Origin: the human T2T-CHM13v2.0 reference genome, Homo sapiens
Reading direction: 5' to 3' (one strand)
Length of the DNA: 64,000 nucleotides
NCBI RefSeq assembly: GCF_009914755.1
Contig: NC_060938.1
A program made the position numbers and the translations under genes. Shown here piece by piece: positions 51,250 through 64,000 of the stretch (positions within the stretch are counted from its first letter, which is position 1; each line of letters starts with the position of its first letter). Under the pieces are notes generated by a model, which saw only the letters and a program-made list of their open reading frames with translations, was not told the origin of the DNA and searched no databases.

Positions 51250-51859
51250 TAGGAGGCTACTAGCAACCTGGGCCTTGGAAGTCTATGCTCCTTGCAGAGA
51301 CTTTGAGGAGAAAAAAATAGAAGTCTATATACTCTTTGCTGTTCAGGAAGCAAAGGCACCAGCCCCTGGGCCCAGGAAAAGTGACCAGGCCCAATTATCA
51401 ATGTAAGAGCACCAACAAAATGCCAGCCTGGGTCTTCATTCCAAAGCTCACTTTTGCTGTAAATGGGTTTACTACTGACCCATTCCATTCAATGTCTGCC
51501 TTGTGCAACATTATATTTCATAAAGACCACGGTGTAGAGTAAATCAAGTTTTCCCACAGAAATAGTGTTATCTCTCAGCTTGGTATGACCAAACAAGGAC
51601 TTGACCTTGAGTTCATCATGACTTTATATAATTATAACTGATTTACACACAAAACTGACTCCCATCACAGAAAAACAGAAAACCTAACAACTGCCTGTCA
51701 GCATAGCACTGTTTGTCCACTTAGAAAAGTAAACAGAAAATTCCATTATAAAAAAGCTCAGTAAGGTAGAGAGGTAGATGTGTCTTTAGAGGTGACATTT
51801 AAAATTGGTAATAGTTAAATTATCCATGGAAAGAATGAACAGAGAAAAATAAAGAGGAC

Positions 51860-52732
51860 TTACAGGACCACCAGGTTCATATGCTCACTGTGCAGTAAGG
51901 ACCAATACACTGAAACAGCAGAGTTTGCAGCAAAGAAAGAGTTTAATGATCACAGGGTGGCCAAGCAAGGAAATGAAAGGAACCCTTCCATCCATTTCCC
52001 TAAGGAGTTCTGGTCTAGAGTTGTTTGTTTGAGACAGGTTTTCTCTGTTGTCCAGTCTGGAATGCAGTAGCATGATCATGGCTCACTGCAGATTTGACCT
52101 CCTGAGCTTAAGTGATCCTCCTGCCTCAGCCTCTTGATTATTTAGGACCACAGGTATTCACTATTGCACCCAACTAATTTTTGCATTTTTAGTAGAGAAG
52201 GAGTCTTGCTATGTTGCCCAGGCTGGTCTCAAACTCCTGGGCTCAGGTGATCCACCCACCTCAGGATCCTAAACTGCTGGGATTACAGGCATAAGCCACT
52301 GGACCTGGCCTGGCCAACAGTTTTTAAGGGGATCTTGGAGGACAAGGGGCTGAAAAATTAGGATCATTGATTGGTCGGGACAAGGGGGATTAAATCATCA
52401 GGAGGTAGCAGCTGCATGCTTTTGGTGAGTCAGCTCCTCTTGGGGTCCTTCAGACCAGCTGATGTCAGTAGTAGTTTCACCAGCATCTCAGATGGAAAAC
52501 TGAACATTTCACAATGCTGCAATGTTATCTGCAGAGCAGTGAAAAGGAACTATGATCCTGTGACAGAGTCTATGTGGTTCTGGGGCAACAGGCAGCAAAC
52601 AACTCTGAGGAAGGGGTCAGAGAGCAGCTGACCTCATGACCAATGCTGTGTGTGCTGCAAGCTGGGCTGATTCCCATTTCTCCCCTCCCTTCTTCCCTGA
52701 TCAATTTTATAAAGTTGATAGGGACAGTTTCA
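51860..52732 (-). mobile_element. LTR26-like ERV1 solo LTR, interrupted by AluJ (~52021-52310, -)
   Basis: Reverse complement starts tgaaactgtccctatcaactttataaaattgatcaggg and ends gaacctggtggtcctgtaa; 4-bp TSD GGAC. Confidence 0.78.
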
Positions 52733-53028
52733 GGACTGAGAAATAATTCTTTAAAAATATTATTTATAAAGGATCTGAAAGAAGAAAAGGAGTCAGTGAA
52801 TTCAATAGAGAATGAGTGACTGAAAGACAGGAGAAGCTACAGAATGGTAGAGACAGCCAAACACAAGCTGCAGGAAAACTGAGTTGGCCAAGTTCAATGA
52901 TGCAGACATCTGAGAGAGTGATGAATGAGGAAGGCAATTCTGTGCGTCCATGTCTATTCAGTTATGAAATACATGGCAAGCTCCAAAAAGTCTTGAAATA
53001 CACTGTCATTGTTGGTTGCTAGAAGGTA

Positions 53029-53659
<631 letters not shown>

Positions 53660-54912
53660 TAATCACTGTTAGAATGTAAGTTCCTTGTATGATAAGGATA
53701 GGCTTATGTGCTATTCAAGTGCCTAGCCCCCACTTGGCATTGAATGGTGTATTTGTAGAATACATGGTCTTATTTTTCCTCACTTTCCCCAACACACTCA
53801 TTCTTTCTTAAACATATAACAGCATTTGCGTTTAGCATTTGTGTGCACTTTAAGAAGTGACACAAAATGTGAGATTGCACTGTTTTCCGGGGATGGGAAG
53901 AAAGGAGCCGAGAAAGAACAAAGCCGTCTTGAGATTTATCAAGGGTGGAAAGGCTGATTAATGAAGTGTTAGGAACGCACCATTACCTCATGAGCTTCGT
54001 GGGAAAAACATGGATGATAATGACATCCTCTCAGGACTTGGACCACTTGTTTCGTAGTAACAGCGGTTTCTGTTTGAGGGGAGTTTCTTCTTCCCCCATT
54101 CTCTGTATCATTCATTTGACAATTAATCATCGTGACATTCTGGTAGACTGAACTTCTATTTGCTCTTTGTACTGATTAACTTTTCACATGTTTGTGTTTC
54201 CCTGGCCTAGATTAGGAGCATGCTAATAGCAGGCATCGTATTTCATCCTTGTGTGTATCCCTCGACAGCCTAGCACTGTACCCTTGCATGTGGGGGCAGC
54301 AGGTGGTGTGAGAATGGGAATGTTCTCTGTTAATCCTTGTTCCCCAGCAGTGAACACAGATAGTGACAAATAGACAATGGCCCGTGTGAAATAAATGTGG
54401 ATGGATTTGGGGACTGGGCCTCCTGCTTCCCCCTGGAATGTGCTGGTCCCCAGTATGAATCTGGCAGTGGTGATTCGACTCATGTTTCTAGACACTCCTA
54501 AATAGCACCTAGACGGGAGGCCCCCTGAGCCATCTCCCTCACCTTTGAGCACAACTCAAGGCAATTGAATTTTGCTTAGCCCAGAGAGCTGAGACCAGAA
54601 GACATTTCAGGAAGCCCCAGGGTGAACCATCCTGCATTGCAATAGCTTGGACTATCACATTTTCCTTTTTCAGGGGAGAGGGTGGCGGAGGACCAGCATT
54701 AACACTCCTTCCACCTGCTACTTCTCTTGCTCCTTAGTGGGCCTTGAAAATGCTCAAATCCAAACCTGTGTCTGTTCTCTGTACCTGTGTGTACTGGGAA
54801 CAAGGTGGGGAAGGGAAGATCAAAGTTCTGATTAGAGCTAACCCAAGTCCTTCATGCTGCAATGCGAATCCTTTCCTCTCTCTCCTCTTGCCCCTCATAG
54901 AAATGCAGACTA

Positions 54913-55202
54913 GTGGCTCACGCCTGTAATGTCAGCACTTTGGGAGGCCAAGGCGGGTGGATCACCTGAGGTCAGAAGTTTAAGACGAGCCTGGTGAACA
55001 TGGTGAAACCTCATCTCTACTCAAAAAAATACAAAAATTAGCCAGGTGTGGTGGTGGGCACCTGTAATCCCAGCTACTCAGGAGGCTGAGGCAGGGAGGA
55101 TTGCTTGAATCCAGGAAGCAGAGGTTGCAGTGAGCCGAGATCACGCCACTGCACTCCATCCTGGGCGACAGAGCAAGACTCCATCTCAAAAAAAAAAAAA
55201 AA
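54913..55202 (+). mobile_element. AluS, slightly 5'-truncated
   Basis: TSD agaaatgcagacta. Confidence 0.93.
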
Positions 55203-55286
55203 GAAATGCAGACTATCTTGGATCTAGATATTCACCAAAGATTTATATGTCCAATTCCTTCCAAACAGACTTGAGGTCACCTCCTA

Positions 55287-55430
<144 letters not shown>

Positions 55431-55678
55431 TAAATGAATACAAATTAAAAAGAGTGTCCCAGATAAAACTTAAGCGTAAATTAGAAGAAAGGCCTCTGAA
55501 GAAAGCAAAATCAATGCTTTAAAGGACCTCCTTGCAAGAATCTTTATGTTTAAATATCCTTATTCAATGTATCAAGTTTTCCTTAATCTTGGAGTAGGTC
55601 ACAGTTCTGTCCCCTTAGGGCTAAATAGTTAAAATCTGTTTAGCTCATCCTTGTGCCTCCAACTTGTCAGGGTTTTAA

Positions 55679-56167
<489 letters not shown>

Positions 56168-56216
56168 TGAGAGGCTGTGTTTCCTATGGCTGTAGGAAAA
56201 CCTAAGAAACAATTTA

Positions 56217-56920
<704 letters not shown>

Positions 56921-57573
56921 TCATAAAAGACAATGTGCCTAGAGATGGCTGGCGGTGATGGTTACACAATGTGAATATGCTTAATACCACGCCACTGGAC
57001 ACTGAAAAACGGCAAAGATGGTAAATAATATGTTATGCTTATTTTACCATCATAAAAAGAAATTCAAAGAAAAGGGGGAACAACCAATTAAGACAATAAT
57101 GGCCACTTTATATAAAGTCTCTCCCACTAGCTTAAAAGGACAATTCATACTTCCCAAATCAATGAGTAGAATTTACAATGATTATGCACTCTAAACTCAT
57201 TTTTCACTGTTTCACTGCCAAGCTCTCCAAATGAAGCTGTTTTGGGTTTTAATACAAAGAAACAAAATAGTATGCTTATCTGAAGCACCAAGGCTAAATT
57301 GGGAAAACAGGGAGTCCTTGAAGCCAACTTCAAAAAACTGAGACCAGCTAGCCCACGGGTCCCACCGGGAGGCCCTGGAAAAGCTGGCTCTAGAGCCCGG
57401 TTTCCTATTGCCCTTCTCTTCGTCCTTGGCACCTCCCTAATCCTCCTAATCCTTTCCCACCCCAACCCTACTCCCTCAGCACAGGACTCAAGTAAACCAC
57501 AAAAGACATCATTTTTTCATGAGGGCCCTTTGGTGAGCTTTTTTACATACCGAAGTGTTTTCTTGCCTTTTAG

Positions 57574-57885
<312 letters not shown>

Positions 57886-59059
57886 TAATTTTTCATGTAC
57901 TTTACCACCCAAACTGAATAGGGAACTATTAATTAACTGGAACCACAAGCAAACTGAGATATCTTGCACCCAATCATAAACTATGTTTAATATGATTAAG
58001 AACATAAAATAAAATCATAAAAGAACAAATCACTTAAAAAGAGACCTCCCCTCCTCTCCACACCAAGGGTTTCTTACAATGAAAAATTTATAGTCACTGA
58101 TATTAAAGACTGAACAAATAAATTCAATGGCACATTAGTTACAGGTGAATAGAATTAGTGGAAAACATTTTATCTATCTTTGCAGCATAGAAAGACAAAG
58201 ACATAGAGAATATAAAAGATAAAAGAATGAAATGAATGACTAGTTTCCAGAAGGAGAAGAAATGAATGAGCAGCAATATTTGAACAAATAACAGCTAACA
58301 TGTTCCCTGAATTGATAAATGTGCAGATACAGGAATCCCAGTAACTCCTAAGAAAGGTATATAAAAAAGAATCCACACTTGATTATATCTCTGAAAAACC
58401 ATTAACACACAGAGAAGATCTGAAGAGTGTCTAGGGAAAAAATACAGAAATAAAGTTTGTGTATTTTTCTCTATAAAGACGGGTTGTCCCCATCTCACCA
58501 TGTTGTCCAGGCTAGTCTCAAACTCCTGGGCTCAAGCAATCCTCCCGCCTCAGCCTCCCAAAGTGGTGGGATTACAGGCATAAGCCACCATGCCCAGCCT
58601 TAGTTCGTGTATTTTTAACATAAATGTTTTTACATGTCAGTTATCGTTCTCCAATTTTTCTTGTTTTCCACTAAATATGTCTTGGATTTCTTTCTATGGC
58701 AGAACAAATAGATTTATCTAATTCTCTTGAACTGCTGGCTAGTATTCTGAGTTATGGACATACCATAGTTTATTTAACATCCCCCTATTTGGGAGAAAGG
58801 AGATTAAAGTCATTTCTAATTTTGCCTTCAAGTAATGTTTTAAAGGACTTTCTTGTACATGTACCTTTTAGGCACATGTTCTTGTATTTCTAGATCGACA
58901 CCCAGGAGCACAATTACTGAATATGAAGATGTATCCATTTTTGTGAACTTAACAACTGATTTCCAAATTTCCCTTTAAAAAGACTGCCAGGTTATAATTC
59001 TACCAATGGACTGTTGCCTATACCATCCCCAGAAGGGAAATAACAAGCAATTTGTGAAT

Positions 59060-59290
59060 CAAAATGGTTAAGCATGTGGGTGTAGAAGTCACAGTGCTTG
59101 GGTTCAAATCCCAGCTTTGACACTGGGCAAGTTTTTTAAACAGTTTGTGCCTCATTTTCTCATTCATAAAATAAGGATAATTATATTATCTCAGATGGTT
59201 ATTGTGAAGATTAAGTGAATTAAAATCTAAAACTCCTAGAACTATACCTAGTACATAAGTATTCAATGTGTTTCTCGCTATTATTGTCTT
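59060..59290 (+). mobile_element. MIR SINE
   Basis: gggttcaaatcccagct...ctgggcaagtt...gcctcattttctcattcataaaataaggataat...gtgaagattaagtga. Confidence 0.82.
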
Positions 59291-59491
59291 TGTTACTGTT
59301 ACACATTCTATTACTATTGAAATAGAACACTTTTTCAGATGCTCACTTCCACTTCTATTTTCTTTTCTATGAAATGTCAATTGTTGTATGGGGTTGTTAG
59401 TGTGACTGAGTTTTAGCCATTCTTCATAAACTATAGATATTCATACTTGAATGTTAGAATGTTAGATACGGCTTTATTTATGGTACTTTCT

Positions 59492-59727
59492 CGACCTCGA
59501 CTCACTGCAACCCCCGCCTCCCAGGTTCAAGCAATTCTCCTGCCTCAGCCTCCTGAGTAGCTGGGACTATAGGTGACCGCCACCACACCCAGCTAATTTT
59601 TGTATTTTTAGTAGACACGGGGTTTCACCATGTTGGCCAGGATGGTCTCGATCTCTTGACCTTGTGATCTGCCCGCCTCAGCCTCCCAAAGTGCTGGAAT
59701 TACAGGCTTGAGACACCGTGCCCAGCC
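59492..59727 (-). mobile_element. Tailless, 3'-truncated AluS flanked by a 17-bp TSD
   Basis: tatttatggtactttct (59475-59491) / tgtttatggtactttct (59728-59744); no poly-T. Confidence 0.9.
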
Positions 59728-60284
59728 TGTTTATGGTACTTTCTTGTAGCAAAGTTTATATCTTTTATTGATGTCAAGTTTTATAGTCTTTTTCCTTTAT
59801 GTATTTAATTTTTGTAGCCTGGCTTTAAAACTCTTTCCTAAAGTTTATAAAAATATTTTCCTGAACCAGGAGTGGTGGCATGTACCGATAGTCCCATCTA
59901 CTCAGGAGGCTGAGGTGGGAAAATTGCTTGAGCCCAGGACTGGCCCCCCTGGGCAACATAGCAAGACCCCATCTATAAAAAAGAAAAAGAAAAAAAATTA
60001 GGTAAAAATATTTTCCTTTATTTTCTTCTATTTTTGTTGTTGTTGTGGTTTCTACTCTTAGCTCTCTAATATATCTAGTACTTGTTTGTGCATGGAATGA
60101 AGTAGAAATCAGATGTTTTATTTCCAAAACTGATAACCAGGTACTCCAGCATCATCAATGTAATAATTGATCCTTTTCTCATTAATTTGAAATGTCATCT
60201 TTATCATGTATTAAACTCCCATTATAAATATAGGTTTCCTTCTAGAGTCTCTATTTTATTTCATTAATCTATTTATGTATTTCT

Positions 60285-60581
60285 TTTTTTTTTTTTTTTT
60301 TGAGACGGAGTCTCACTGTCACCCAGGCTGGAGTGCAGTGGCACAATCTCGGCTCACTGCAGGCTCTGCCCCCCGGGGTTCACACCATTCTCCTGCCTCA
60401 GCCTCCCGAGTAGCGGGGACTACAGGCGCCCGCCACCTCGCCCGGCTAATTTTTTGTATTTTTAGTAGAGACGGGGTTTCACCGTGTTAGCCAGGATGGT
60501 CTTGATCTCCTGACCTCGTGATCCGCCTGCCTCGGCCTCCCAAAGTGCTGGGATTACAGGCATGAGCCACCGCACCTGGCC
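60285..60581 (-). mobile_element. AluY (AluYe-like diagnostics)
   Basis: ctgcaggctctgccccccggggttcacaccattc; perfect TSD TATTTATGTATTTCT (60270-60284 / 60582-60596). Confidence 0.9.
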
Positions 60582-60735
60582 TATTTATGTATTTCTATGT
60601 CAACACTGCATTGTCTTAATATTTGTTTAGAATATTAAAATTATAATTACTACATATTATAACATAAGATGTTGTGACTAATACAAAAAATGATGATGTA
60701 CTATTTAATATATAAGTTATAAAATCTTATAATAA

Positions 60736-61707
<972 letters not shown>

Positions 61708-62356
61708 CCAAGTCTTTTTACATTCTTGAGTAAAGTTTTAGTTTCTTCTATTATAAGCCTTGCATTATTTATATTAGGTTTATTTCTAGGTCTTCTATTA
61801 TTTTATCTTATGTGAACAGAATGTTTTTTTCTATCACATTTTCTAATTGGTCATTACCGGTGTGTCTGAAAGCTATTAATTTTTGTACATTAATTCTATA
61901 TCCAGTCACTTTATTAAATTATCTTATGAGTTCTAACATTTTGTTAATTAATTTTATAGAATTATTTAGATAGGTGATTATACCTGCAAATAATGAAAGT
62001 TTTTTCTTTTCCAATATTTATATCTCCTAATTATTTTTCTGGTTGCATTGGCTAAGACCCCTAACATAATGTGTTAACATAGTACAGAAAGTTCTTTGTA
62101 AAAATACAAATCACCCAGTCCTATCCCAGACTGGTGAAATCAGAATCTTTGGCAGGAGAAATCTTGGAATCTGTGTTTTATCAAATTTCACAAATAATTC
62201 TCTTACAACCAGCTCTGTAGTATCTGTAACCACTGATTTAAACACAAGAATTTGAATAACTAATCACCTAGTTTTATGCATTGACTAGCTTATTATCTCA
62301 CTTTATTGCACTGCTAACAGACACAGCCAAACAAGTATTTGTGTTCCAGTGAATGC

Positions 62357-62450
62357 ATTCATTCATTCATTCATTCATTCATTCACTCACTTTACTAAGG
62401 ACCTGTTATGTGCCAAGCACTATTTAGGTGGTAGAGATACAAAGCTTATT
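62357..62450 (-). mobile_element. LINE-2 3' end with (CATT)n
   Basis: cattcattcattcatt...ttactaaggacctgttatgtgccaagcact. Confidence 0.75.
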
Positions 62451-62721
62451 GAGGGTTCAAAGGAGGAAATTTGGGAATAAGGCTCTATGTCATGTACTTC
62501 CCAGAAATCACCAGTGTCTTACATTGCTTAGCAGGGCCACAACTCAGGTAAGGTGAGTGAGCCATTTGCGTTGGTCACAAAATGTAAGGAGTGCCAAAAT
62601 ATCCTGATGTTCAAAATATCAAGACATTAAATAAAAACAGCATCTAGCAGGGATTGAATGGACTGAGGTGAATAAGGTCTAGTCATGTGTGTGCAGGGTC
62701 AGATTTTAAAATTATAAAGAC

Positions 62722-64000
<1,279 letters not shown>

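Overview
Mammalian DNA, almost certainly human chr14q24.3 in the order VASH1 - ANGEL1 - LRRC74A. Bases ~1-2330 look like the end of the VASH1 3'UTR (+ strand, AATAAA at 2280). The complete ANGEL1 gene lies on the - strand. Its 10 coding exons were rebuilt by hand with GT-AG boundaries and consistent phases (2013 nt = 670 aa + stop). It is a CCR4/nocturnin-type EEP hydrolase with an eIF4E-binding YxxxxL-phi motif, and has a CpG-island promoter at ~31.7-32.5 kb. The first five coding exons of LRRC74A (C14orf166B) lie on the + strand from 46.2 kb, and the gene continues past the window. Most other sequence is interspersed repeat: >30 Alus, old L1/L2/MIR, MER DNA transposons, three solo LTRs and a 5'-truncated SVA with a target-site duplication (TSD). 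I found no CRISPR array, tRNA or rRNA, and no convincing wholly new biological system. The best leads are splicing and regulatory architecture (LRRC74A N-terminal switch with uORF and a GC-AG intron; a skippable ANGEL1 eIF4E-motif exon; a candidate ANGEL1 poison exon; an antisense unit over the VASH1 3'UTR). Others are an unexplained, possibly retrocopy-derived segment in ANGEL1 intron 7 and several atypical retroposition or mutation scars. Repeat family names come from remembered consensus sequences and their boundaries are approximate.
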